In this document: in pieces, positions 12,089-22,859 of the stretch
Layout of the letters: the number at the start of each line of letters is the position of its first letter
Numbering within the stretch: position 1 is the stretch's first letter
Assembly (NCBI GenBank): GCA_036630325.1
Contig: CP142736.1
Location: forward strand, 310,001 to 374,000
Reading direction: 5' to 3'
DNA: 64,000 bases
DNA from: Vairimorpha necatrix
Lineage: Eukaryota
Notes under the pieces: generated by a model
Told to the model about the DNA's origin: nothing
The model's database searches: none
What the model saw: only the letters and a program-made list of their open reading frames with translations
Made by a program: the position numbers and the translations under genes

Positions 12089-12967
12089 TTTATGGGCTAC
12101 TAAATAGATGGCTATATATAGAAAAACACAAATTTTTAATTTATTTAATCAAATAAATATTCACTGAAATTTTAAAGTTTACAATAAATATTAAAATTCT
12201 CCAGTGTTTTTTGCACCTTTTGATTATTCTTATGTATTTTTATATTAAAACAAACAAACAAAAAAATTCGCACATTGAAATGATGTTATATTCGACATTT
12301 TTCTTTTTTTTTAAATATTAATCTTTTAATTAAAAAACTTAACAAACAACAATAAATCTTTACAAAACACAAAGGTTTATGATGCAATTTATAATTAATT
12401 ATAAATCGCACATTTTTTTTGATTAAACATTTGGCTAAAGTTTGATTATCTAAAAATTTTGATGATGGGGTTTTTTATTTATTCTTTTTTCAAAAACAAA
12501 GAAAGAAATTTTGACAAGAGAAGAATTAGAAATCTCCTACAAAAAAGAATTCTATATACTAGAACAAAACAAAATGTTCATTAAATAATTTTTAAAAATA
12601 ATTACAGGCTTAAGATAGATTTTTGATCTAAGAAAAAAAGAAGTACCAAGAAAATATAATTTTGATCGGTCTTTTACATTAGAAGAAATTAGTTAAAAGG
12701 CCCACTTAGAGCGTTTTTTTTTGACTATAAATATTTTTTATAAAAACCCCCTTTGAACGTCCAAACGGCAAAAAAAAAGAAAATATAAATTTAATAATTT
12801 TGTGATTTAATCACCTATAAAGTCCCTTTATAACATATACTAATGGCCAGTAATCAGTTCTATGCTTGCGACTTTCTGCAATCACAATTTTTTACTATAC
12901 ACCAAATACATTCATTGGTATTAGTTGGGCAGTGGTTGAAATTATTACAAAATCTATTTTTTTCTTT

Positions 12968-13736
12968 GCAAGTATGAGGTAAGAGAACCCTTACATATGA
13001 CTAAGGAAATTTTAGTGTGATCCTCATCTAACTGGTACTGATTGATTCTTACTCGCAAAACCCCCTCCACATAACTTGCCGGTGCAGCAAGCACTGCCCT
13101 TTCCATTGAACTTTAGCTCCAGGAGAAGACTTTCCATTTATACCTCAAATCGCGTTCAGAGTGACCTCACAGCGGATATACTTAACGGCATGGTTATCTA
13201 TAACCCGAGGAGAGACATCATCGTACTGACTCAAAGGTCCCTACAATCATCTGTATTGCACACACGGCTCCTTACACGACCACATCACCAGCCCAGCGTT
13301 TTTATTGGGCTGCGTTGATCACCAGTCTCCCACTAGTTTCGGCCACCGTGTTACAGAATCATGTAGGATAGGGTCCACGAGACCTTCTATTGCCATACTT
13401 CGTCTACTCTTAGTTAGCTCTAGGATCACACTCTAGAATGCACCAGCCATGGACCTTAACTACGCCGTACCCATTAGATTCTTTTATGTATCATTTAGTC
13501 ACCACAAGGGGGATACTTTTTTTTAGCCTTGGGGTGCGTTTCTACTCTAGATGCTAATCCCCTTGCGGCTTGATACACACAAGTTTCATTGAATTAACTC
13601 AATGATTGTCGTGGACATTTTGTCATCTGAGTTGTTAACTGCATCATAGAAAGTAGAAACAATTTTGGTGCCACTGGGAATCGAACCCAGCCATTGCTTA
13701 AAAAGCATTTTCTACGGCCACTGTGCTAAGAACACC
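12968..13736 (-). ncRNA. tRNA-headed ~765-nt structured non-coding element (SINE or large ncRNA), copy 2
   Basis: Head 13666-13736 has A box TAGCACAGTGG, perfect T-arm CTGGG-TTCGATT-CCCAG and acceptor-like GGTGTT/GGCACC-A. The ~690-nt body is shared with copy 1; an A-rich stretch follows the 3' end. Confidence 0.75.
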
Positions 13737-14259
13737 TGTTACTACTCTTCATACAAACCAGAATAATCTATTAATTTAGTAGTTATCCTGTAATATACGA
13801 ATAATTATTAATCATTATTATCGTAGAAGCTTCGGATCTGCCTCATGTTTGAAATTGCTCAATATTTAAAACAAATAGATTTTACCTCAAGTAAGATGGA
13901 AGTAAGAGAAAAAAAATAACCTTATCGACAATTATGATTCCATATTTTTTACGTCGATAAGTCTCTTTTCGAGCTTTTAAATTGTTCTAAAATCTATAAA
14001 GTTCGTTTTTTTTTATCCTCCATTGTCCCCGAAAAATAAAATTTTTGTATAATGTCTTAGGTAAAAATTGCAAAAAAATTTCTATATTTGAAATTTAAAC
14101 TATAAAAAGTTGAAAAAAAATCTTATTCATTTTATAACAATACCAAACATATCTTACTTGTAATGTAGTTTTAAATGAAATTTCGAATCTACAAATTCTT
14201 CTTTTAAAAAAAAAAATGTAGGTACGTTCTTAAAATATATTTAACTTATACATTTATTT

Positions 14260-15174
14260 CTATGCCATTCTATGACGCCCTGTTATATATTCCCATATCC
14301 TTCTAAATATCCCTTTCTTACTCTCTCCTCTCATAAATTTTTCATATCTCCTTAATTTTTTCTCATCATACCTATGTCTCTCAATATATTCTAAGGGTAT
14401 CTCTGACGCTTTACTTTTCTCACTCATACTCTTCTGAAATTTAAATGGTTTATATTTGACTTTACACTTTATTAAGTCCATTACGTCTCTTACTTGTCTA
14501 TTAAATGGATACAGTCTTTCTTTTATATCCATTTTTTCTTCATACTCGTTCTTCAATCCTTTTAATTGTTTTTGGTACCAAATGTAGTCAATAAAAGAAT
14601 GATGATGCCAGAAGACTGGATCATTTGGACTGAACATTTGTGTCATGTCTCCGCCCAGATTGGAATGTACCAGTGCATGTGGGACTAGTTCGAGTATATC
14701 TCTGAATTCCGAGTAAGTACCTTTTTTATTAACAAGTCTTTTTATATCAACATCAGTATAAAATGGAGCGAAAGATGTGTTTCTTACTAGACAATGAGGA
14801 TAAGGGAATGTTACTTGGTAACATTCGCTTATTCCCCAGTATTCGTCTTTAAAGATGGAAGATTTACTTGGGTCGTGTGCGTCTACTGACCAGTCCCAGT
14901 AAGGAATTGCCATTGATGGATCATTAGTAAGCATTTGTAAGATTGACTCGACGTGTAGAAGAAGCATCCTGTGCCAAGGAAGGAATCTACCATTCTTGTG
15001 GGCGTACATGTCCAGATCTACATGGATCTGAGATATTTTCTCCAGATATCCTTTGTCCTTGAATAAATTGAAAGCCTTTTTGTATTTGTTCCATTCTTCT
15101 TTAGACATGTCTCTTATTTCTTTTCTTATTGCCATATTAGCAAATAAGATTTTTAAGATAAAAAAAATTTTCAT
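14260..15174 (-). CDS. Tyrosinase / type-3 copper phenoloxidase with signal peptide
   Basis: CuA IH..AH..FLPWHR, PYWDW, CuB PHALVH..GG.M..SPNDPVFWHHHSFID; hydrophobic N-terminus. Confidence 0.92.
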   Translation of the reverse strand: MKIFFILKILFANMAIRKEIRDMSKEEWNKYKKAFNLFKDKGYLEKISQIHVDLDMYAHKNGRFLPWHRMLLLHVESILQMLTNDPSMAIPYWDWSVDAHDPSKSSIFKDEYWGISECYQVTFPYPHCLVRNTSFAPFYTDVDIKRLVNKKGTYSEFRDILELVPHALVHSNLGGDMTQMFSPNDPVFWHHHSFIDYIWYQKQLKGLKNEYEEKMDIKERLYPFNRQVRDVMDLIKCKVKYKPFKFQKSMSEKSKASEIPLEYIERHRYDEKKLRRYEKFMRGESKKGIFRRIWEYITGRHRMA

Positions 15175-15299
15175 GCAAAATAAAAAAATAAAAATTATTT
15201 ATGAAAAAATTTAATTCAAGTCATGCTTAAAAAATAATGTTTACTTTTGTAAAAATCATAATTTTCATTTCTAAAATTTAAGCTTCAAGAGATTACAGG

Positions 15300-18200
15300 A
15301 GATAAATATTATTTCCACTTGAATTTCCTCTTGAGTCTGTTTTTATATCTTTAGATAACTTGTTTTGTAACGTGATTTTTAGTCATTTATGTTTGACATT
15401 CTTTTATTTAACCACATTTTCTGTTGCGAGTAGCCCTTCTCGTGGTAAAATGAGTTAAGATACACGTCTAAAGTTTTTTCACTTTACCCAACCTAAACTT
15501 CCAAAATTCGATACTTTTTCAGCTTCTCTGAGTACTTTTAATTGAATTTCACTACCAATGCAGAATTTGTCAGTAAATAAGGTGCTCTAGCCTCCTATAG
15601 ATCTTGTGATTCCTTGAAAATTCTTTTATTTTCTAATTTACGAATTCTTTATCATTATCTCTAAAATGTTCGGGAGTCGGTATTTTAGTATAATTTTTTC
15701 AATTTCTCTACGCCTTTCGTTTGCATCTTTTGATCGTAACGATATTACGTTTAAAATTTTGGAAAGTGGTCGATTATCGTTAATATACACTTATGCACTT
15801 GCTGGCCTTGAAGGAGTAGACCTACTGTATCGATTTTCTATATAAAGTTTGATTTAGATGAGAAAGAAAACTGAAATAACACCTTTTCTTATATAGTACG
15901 ATCTTACTTGCTTACATCAAAGATATTTGTTAATACGTTTTGCACATCTCTATCAAATTTTGTTTTTGCTCCTAGTAAAGAGCACATTCATTTATTCTTT
16001 GATATGGGCTAAGCGATCGTGCGTTTTTTGCATCAAATCTTTCACTTTCCTTTGTTCTTTACAATATTAATTGATTCGCTTATCATTCTACTCAGGCAGT
16101 CACTTGGGTCATTCTCTTTTTGATATGCATAACTTCATATCATGTTTTTAAAAATACAATGTCCAATCTTGCAAACTCTGTTTTCATGTTTATACTCAAA
16201 AACAAATACTTTAAGGCAGTATGTTCTGTTTTAAGTAAAATTTTTTTCCTTATAAGATAACATTCATGATGGTCGATTGCTGTAATCACCACCAGTAGCT
16301 CTTTATCAATTGTCAAATATTTTTTGTTAATTTTTAATTAAAATACGAATAGTAACTTATACTTTTTTTCCATACTGTATCTGTGATAATATTGAATTTG
16401 ATCCGAGGTCTGGAGCTTCGAGTGTTAAAATAAATCTTATGTTTAGATTGGGCATTGCAAGTAATAATGATTGTCCTGTGTTATCTTTTATCAATTTATT
16501 AGCTTTCACAAATTTATTTTAGCCGACAAATTTCTTTCAGTCAACATTTACAACCTTTTTTATAAGTCCAGATAGATATGCCGTCTTCTTTGATAATTTT
16601 TTATATATTTACTGCAGTATTTGATTGTGTCTAAGAAAGATTCTATTTCTTTTCTATTTTTGGAACTGTAGGTTCTTGAATTGCTTTTATTTTTTCTAGA
16701 TCAATCCTAAATCCTCTATGATCCACTACAAGGACTAACATGTGAATTTGTCTCTTTTATACATTCGCATTTTTCCTTGTTAAGCTTCAATCCTTCAAGT
16801 TTTTTCGTGTTCTTCTACCGATTTGCTGCGTATAATAACATCGTCCTTATATGCCATTGCGAATTTTCCTAATAAGGTTTCAATATTCTGTTCATCGTTC
16901 TCTGGAACGCTGCCAAGGCGTTTACAAGACCAAATGATATATATAAGAATTGGAAAGACGCCTCCCCATGCAAACGCAGTCTTTTTCGTACCATTTTATT
17001 CTAGTGGTATATCAAATGTGGATCTAGTTTGGTAAAAAAAAAATAGGTACATGCCAGAAAACATAATATTTGTTTCTACTCCGATCTTCTAATTAGAGTC
17101 TTTGATGCTATTTTCGTTAAGTTTTTGCATAAGACACATAGCCTAAAGGCGATGTTTTTTTTTCTTTGCAAGTACTACTGGGCATTTCCATCAGTTATAA
17201 GATACTATTAATCCCCTCTATTAAGTACTATTGTACAATCTTTTTTGCTTCAAGTCCTAGTCTGTAACAAGCACTGGTCATTGATAGGAGGTTTTGTGTA
17301 GTGATTTTTGTAATCCGAGCTTATTATTTTCCGTATTCACTTCTGTCCATTCGATTTGGCAATCTGCTCCAAAATCAACTTTAACGTTATGTTATCTGAG
17401 AATGTACGATACAATGATCATATTAGAAGTTATATTGTTCGTTGCCACAAAGTTTCCTTTCCAGTCGTAAACTTCTGTTTTATCACACTTGGAGTCTTAA
17501 TTTCGGGACCATTACCTGAGATGAGGTTTTTTACCAGTTCTAATATCTTATTCCTTACAATTTTTACTTTAGTCGACTTTACACATGCTCCAGAGTCGGC
17601 TAATGCTTGTATTTTGAAATACTCAATATTTATTAAGATTGTAAGGTCTTTAATATACGTATCCCCGAGCGATCGAACTCAAGTATAAAAATTGAGACTT
17701 TTATTGTCGTCAAGAAGATAATTTCCCCACTATTTCGTTCCGTTTTTGTTTTCGAGATCTTTCTTAATGTGTCCTTTTCTACCACAGTATCAGCATTCCT
17801 TATTATTGTACAAACTTCCATTATTGATTTTGAAGTAGCGTCAGGTATGCCCTCAACCTAATGACGCAATCTAGTCTTTCAGACGCATTGTTTAAATCCA
17901 TGTGGCTTCTGCTGGTGTTTTCATGAGTAACATGCCTCTAATATCTTCAGGCAGTTCATTCAATACAAATGCAATAAACACATTGTCTGTGAATGCAGTT
18001 TTCATTTGATCAAGATTAGTAAGATTGAATCTTCCGTATGTAAACATCTTGTCAGATTTTTTATATGTTCGATGCTGCTTAACCTTTCGTTGTATCTTTT
18101 CAAATCCGCAGCTCCGTAGCACTAAATGAGCCCAAATTGTTGCTTCGCCTGCTATGTGGTCTATAAATAGATTTACTTTCACCACAATTTGCTATCATTG
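15300..18200 (-). mobile_element. Decayed Ty3/gypsy LTR retrotransposon internal region (boundaries approximate, no LTRs found)
   Basis: Minus-strand fragments: PVVLAKKK, KKTAFAW, AYKDDVII (RT), GFRIDLEKIKAIQEP, YLTIDKELL (RNase H); many stops and frameshifts. Confidence 0.8.
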
Positions 18201-18445
18201 CCCATTTTTATATGCCAAATGGCATCAAATCATCATCTCTGCTATTTCTGAAATTTCTATTTTTTGTAGTACTCAAAACTGTTATTATTTAACATGTCTT
18301 CATTCATTTATAGTCAAAATGTACTCTAATCATACTCTAGTCATATTTTTCACAAATGTATTTATTAATGCACTAGTCACATTTTTTACAAATGTACTCT
18401 AATAATGCACTAGTCACATTTTTCTTTTTTTTCTTACCCCCCTTC

Positions 18446-18694
18446 ATGAATATTCTCAACAAGTTAGATCAGCCCATTGACTACCATGGCCAGGAATTAT
18501 CAAGAAAGCTTTTCTATGTCATAATCTACATAGGATACACTTTCTCTCTCCTTACTGGTATACTGTACAATGATCTGAAATATACTCTATTCTTAGGACT
18601 TATTACTGTAGCTTGTGTATTCTTGACATGTGTGCCTTCTTGGAAAATTTACAGAAAGAATCCTTTGAAATTTACAAGAAAAAGTAATAAATAA
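18446..18694 (+). CDS. SPC1: Signal peptidase complex subunit SPC12/SPCS1
   Basis: IDYHGQELS + two TM segments + VPSWKIYRKNPLKF; start moved to the ATG after ACCCCCCTTC. Confidence 0.88.
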   Translation: MNILNKLDQPIDYHGQELSRKLFYVIIYIGYTFSLLTGILYNDLKYTLFLGLITVACVFLTCVPSWKIYRKNPLKFTRKSNK

Positions 18695-18758
18695 AGAAAA
18701 CTTTATAATTATTTAAAAATAATCTTTTTTTATTTTTATTTAAGATTTCTTATTCTGC

Positions 18759-19205
18759 ATGAATATGAAGAATCCTGTACTTAATCTTAATTCCTTCTGC
18801 TCGTCGCCTTTGTTCCTCTTAAATTCTGATGACATGTCTTTATTAGAGAGCCCTTTTTCTCTAGACGAGTATAAAGTCCCAAATAAGAAGAGTAATTTTA
18901 AGCCGACTGATTATTATAAGCCTAGTAAAACAAGGGGATTAAAAGAAGATAAAGAAGGATATTGTTTAGAATGTGACACATGGCTCAAATTAAAGAACAG
19001 TTCTTACTGGTATCATATGAATTTTATACATGGAATTAATTCGAAAGGGATGAAATACCCCGAGCCAGAGATTATTAGGAAGAATAATGGGAAGAACGAA
19101 GGATATTGTGGAATATGTGAAGAATGGATCAATTTAGGGAGTAAAAGAGATCAGAAGAGATGTAAATTTGGATGGTATAGGCACTGTCAAAAGATACATA
19201 AATAA
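18759..19205 (+). CDS. Rua1-C/DUF4451-type zinc-finger protein
   Basis: EGYCLEC..WLKLKNSSYWYHMNFIHGI and EGYCGICEEW...WYRHCQKIH match the fungal family pattern. Confidence 0.75.
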   Translation: MNMKNPVLNLNSFCSSPLFLLNSDDMSLLESPFSLDEYKVPNKKSNFKPTDYYKPSKTRGLKEDKEGYCLECDTWLKLKNSSYWYHMNFIHGINSKGMKYPEPEIIRKNNGKNEGYCGICEEWINLGSKRDQKRCKFGWYRHCQKIHK

Positions 19206-19248
19206 ATTATGTAAATTCAATATATTATTAGATAATCTTTGTTCTTTT

Positions 19249-19380
19249 CTACTTCTTAAATTTATTGATAAAATTCTCAATCTCTTCAAGTTCAATAAAT
19301 CTGTGATTCTCTACTGCTTCTTGGATATCTTCCTCCTGCTTCTCAGGGCTAATCGAGAAGTCTTTACTTTCCACTGACAT
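19249..19380 (-). CDS. Small acidic protein, 43 aa (below ORF-track cut-off)
   Basis: ACCCTTTTTTATG start context; MSVESKDFSISPEKQEEDIQEAVENHRFIELEEIENFINKFKK*. Confidence 0.65.
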   Translation of the reverse strand: MSVESKDFSISPEKQEEDIQEAVENHRFIELEEIENFINKFKK

Positions 19381-20088
19381 AAAAAAGGGTCTTTTTATGA
19401 TATATTATTCTTCTTACTAGTATGAGGATTATCACCCAGTAAATAAGACACAATCTTCTTTAAATATAATTACATTTAAACATGCCTCTTATTACTTGCA
19501 TCAGTCAAGTATGCAAAAAATCTGAATATATTTCTTCTTCAATAACCAGCTCTCCTTCTAGGAACAATATATTTTTATATTTTGTAAATTTCAAATTTTT
19601 ACATTTTGTAAATTTCAAATTTTTATATTTTGTAAATTTCAAATTTTTATTTATGCTTAATTTTTTCCTTTTATATTTTTATTTTTCAGTTTGTTTGTTA
19701 ACAAACAAACTGAGGAAAGTATCAGAATAATGAGATCATAAGATGACTCAACCACATACCAAAGTGATGCAAAATCTAAAAACACATCAAAATACAATGT
19801 GTAAAAATCAAATAATGTGTAAAAATTTAATAATGTGTAAAAATCAAATAATGTTATTATTGTTTTAATCTAATTTAACTGTAAATTTTACATATTTACT
19901 CTATAAATTTATTATACAAACTAAACAATGCATGTATTATTTTACATTATACACATTAAAGTATGTATACACATTAAATAATGTATACACATTAGTAATG
20001 TATACAAATTATATAATTTTACATATTTTACAATTTCTTTTAAATTTATTTCACATTTAAATATTTTTTATTTTTTTTTATCCTCAAA

Positions 20089-22605
20089 ATGACAGAAATA
20101 AAAATCGATCCTTTGAAATTTTCATTAAGAATTGATAAAATTAGGAAATTAATTCCTGATCCACTCTTAATAATCCTAGGTAGTAAATCAGATTTAGAAC
20201 AAGCAAATCTAAATTCTGCCCTTTCAAATTATCTTATAGGATATGAATTCCCCAATACTATGATTCTTATAGATAATCAAGTAAGAATTTACAGTAATAA
20301 GAAGAAATTAGATTTACTCCGAATTTTATCAAATTGTGATCTTTTTCCTTTAGAAAAAGATTTCTCAAATATTCAAGAAATTATAAAAAGTTTATCAATT
20401 TTCCCTAAACTTTGTTTAGTTGATAAAAACAAAATCCAAGGATTTTTAAGTGAAAATATTTTAAATACATTAATTTGTGAAGATGTAAGTTATAAAATCG
20501 AGAAATTATTTCTTTATAAAGATGAAGATGAATTAATAAATTGTAAGAAAGCAGGTCTTGTAATAAATCATCTTATAAAGAATTGTACAGAATTAATTAA
20601 AGAGAATAATTTAGAAGAAGACAAACTTGAAGAAATAATTGACATGCCTTTAGATGGAATAGATAATGAGAATATTGAATATAGTTTCCCACCAGAAATA
20701 TCTAAATATTCTTATAGAATAGGAATAAGATATAATGGATATTGTGCAGAAGGAGGTAGAACAATTTTCCAAGATATGAATATATTTTATAATGCTCAGA
20801 AATTTATATTAAGTTTAATAAGAGTAGGAGATAATTCTAAGATTGTATATGAGAAAGTTAAAGAATATTTAAAGAGTAATGATTTAGAAGTAGATGATAA
20901 TTTCTTATATACTACAGGATTATTAAATGAAGAAGTGAATTTTAAAAATGAATTTAGAATTCTAAATGGACTTGTTTTTGTATTAAGACTTAGTAATGGG
21001 GTGTCAATTTTAAGTAATACATTTTTTATGGATGAGATACCAATTTTCTTAACAATTTCTGATAAATTTGAAGATTTTTTAGATCAAAGGCCGAGATTTA
21101 GAGACAAAAGTCGAGAATTTGAATTAGACGTAAGAAGAAAAGAACATCAGAAAGAATTATTAGAGAAATTAATAAATGAGAGATTAGAATATTATAAAAA
21201 TAAAAGGAATAATGTATTAGAAGAAGATAAAAATGAGAATATACCATATCTTAAAGAGAATTTAATACCTAGAAAAGGGAAGATATATGTAGATTTTAAT
21301 AATAATTGTGTATGTTTACCAATAAGTGATTTTATATTACCAATTCATATATCTTCAATTAAGAACATAGTTTTAGTAGATGAAACAATACTTAAAATTA
21401 ATATTACATGTAATAGTGTTAATAATAGCTTATTAAAAAGTAATAGTACTACTAATATTAGTGATAATAATTATGTTAGTAATAGTATTTTAAAAAGTAT
21501 TAATGTTATTATTAATTCGGGTAGACAAATTTATGAAGAAATTCAAGAATTAAAAAATAAATTCACTTTATCTTCTGATAAAGAAATTATAAAACAAGAT
21601 AAATTAATTGAAAAATCTTCAAAATTCATTTTAGAAGATTTATTCTTAAGAACTGATATAAAAACTCCTATAAAAAAAAGAAAATCAAATACTTTAGAAT
21701 GTCATGAAAATGGATTTAGATTCTTAGAAGATAAATTAGACATTTTATTTTCTAATATAAAAAATATCTTTTTTTTAAAAGGAGATGTTCAAAATAAGAC
21801 AATTTTACATTTTAATTTAATAAGTCCAATAATAATAAATAATAAGAAAACTAAAAATATTCAATTTTATCAAGAAGCAAGTGCAAATATAACATTTAAT
21901 ACTAATAAAAGAGGAGATGATCATATGGAATATTTAATAGAAAAAGAAGAAAAAGATAAACAAAAAAGACTAAATTATTTATTTGAGAATTTTGTAATGA
22001 AAATTGAAAATGAAACATTTCTTAAAGTTCAAAGACCAAAAGATGGTTTCACAGGGGTACCCTTTAAAGAATCAGTTTTTATACAGAAAACTCATGAATG
22101 TTTAGTAGCACTTTATGAGCAGCCTTTTTTTATATTAAATTTGGAAGATATTGAAGTTTGTAATTTTGAGAGAGTAGTATACAATGTAAAGACTTATGAC
22201 GTCATATTTATATTTAAAGATTATACTACTAGTAAAATATTGAGTATTGAGTCATCTTATATGTCTAAATTTAAGGATTATTTAGATTATCATAATATTG
22301 TCTATATGGAGACAATATTTAATATTCAGTGGAAAAATGTATTAAAGAAGATTCAAGATGATCCAATAGGCTTTTATAGTACGGGAGGATGGACAGAATT
22401 ATTAGTGGAAGATAATGAGAGTGAAGAAGAAGTAGAAGAAAGTGAAGAAGAGAGCGAGAGTGAGAGCAGTGAAGAGGAGTCAGACATTTCTACAGTGAGC
22501 AGTAGCTTCAGTGAGGACACTGAGAGTAGTGAAGAAGAAGAAGAAGAAAGCAGTGAAGAGATGAGTGACAGTAGTGACGAAGGAAGAAAGCGAAGAAGAA
22601 GGTAA
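20089..22605 (+). CDS. SPT16: FACT complex subunit Spt16
   Basis: YLIGYEFPNT, RRKEHQKEL, PIHISSIKN, LECHENGFRF, FTGVP, NFERV, GGW + acidic tail. Confidence 0.95.
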   Translation: MTEIKIDPLKFSLRIDKIRKLIPDPLLIILGSKSDLEQANLNSALSNYLIGYEFPNTMILIDNQVRIYSNKKKLDLLRILSNCDLFPLEKDFSNIQEIIKSLSIFPKLCLVDKNKIQGFLSENILNTLICEDVSYKIEKLFLYKDEDELINCKKAGLVINHLIKNCTELIKENNLEEDKLEEIIDMPLDGIDNENIEYSFPPEISKYSYRIGIRYNGYCAEGGRTIFQDMNIFYNAQKFILSLIRVGDNSKIVYEKVKEYLKSNDLEVDDNFLYTTGLLNEEVNFKNEFRILNGLVFVLRLSNGVSILSNTFFMDEIPIFLTISDKFEDFLDQRPRFRDKSREFELDVRRKEHQKELLEKLINERLEYYKNKRNNVLEEDKNENIPYLKENLIPRKGKIYVDFNNNCVCLPISDFILPIHISSIKNIVLVDETILKINITCNSVNNSLLKSNSTTNISDNNYVSNSILKSINVIINSGRQIYEEIQELKNKFTLSSDKEIIKQDKLIEKSSKFILEDLFLRTDIKTPIKKRKSNTLECHENGFRFLEDKLDILFSNIKNIFFLKGDVQNKTILHFNLISPIIINNKKTKNIQFYQEASANITFNTNKRGDDHMEYLIEKEEKDKQKRLNYLFENFVMKIENETFLKVQRPKDGFTGVPFKESVFIQKTHECLVALYEQPFFILNLEDIEVCNFERVVYNVKTYDVIFIFKDYTTSKILSIESSYMSKFKDYLDYHNIVYMETIFNIQWKNVLKKIQDDPIGFYSTGGWTELLVEDNESEEEVEESEEESESESSEEESDISTVSSSFSEDTESSEEEEEESSEEMSDSSDEGRKRRRR

Positions 22606-22859
22606 AAAAAATAAAGTGGAATTTATTTAATACGTCCATATATTATATATAATATATATTAATATTTTATTTATATTTTATTTATATTTACTTATGTATA
22701 ATTTATATTTAATTTTAAGTTAAATTAATTATGACGTCATAATTAATATAAGTAAATTAAATCTAAAAATTTTTATATAACACAAAGTTCCAAAATCTAA
22801 TATAAGTAAATATAATTATATATATAATTAAATATAATTATAATATGCAAATATAATTT

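Noticed and set aside
13076-13318. 80-aa plus-strand ORF inside the tRNA-headed element
   Set aside because: TTG start and indels relative to the other copy; no sign of coding conservation
13666-13736. Functional tRNA-Lys(TTT) gene
   Set aside because: D and anticodon arms are mismatched, the variable region is too short, and it is fused to a repeated body; treated as the head of the larger element
19570-19860. CRISPR-like array
   Set aside because: Head-to-tail repeats without unique spacers, eukaryotic context, no cas genes
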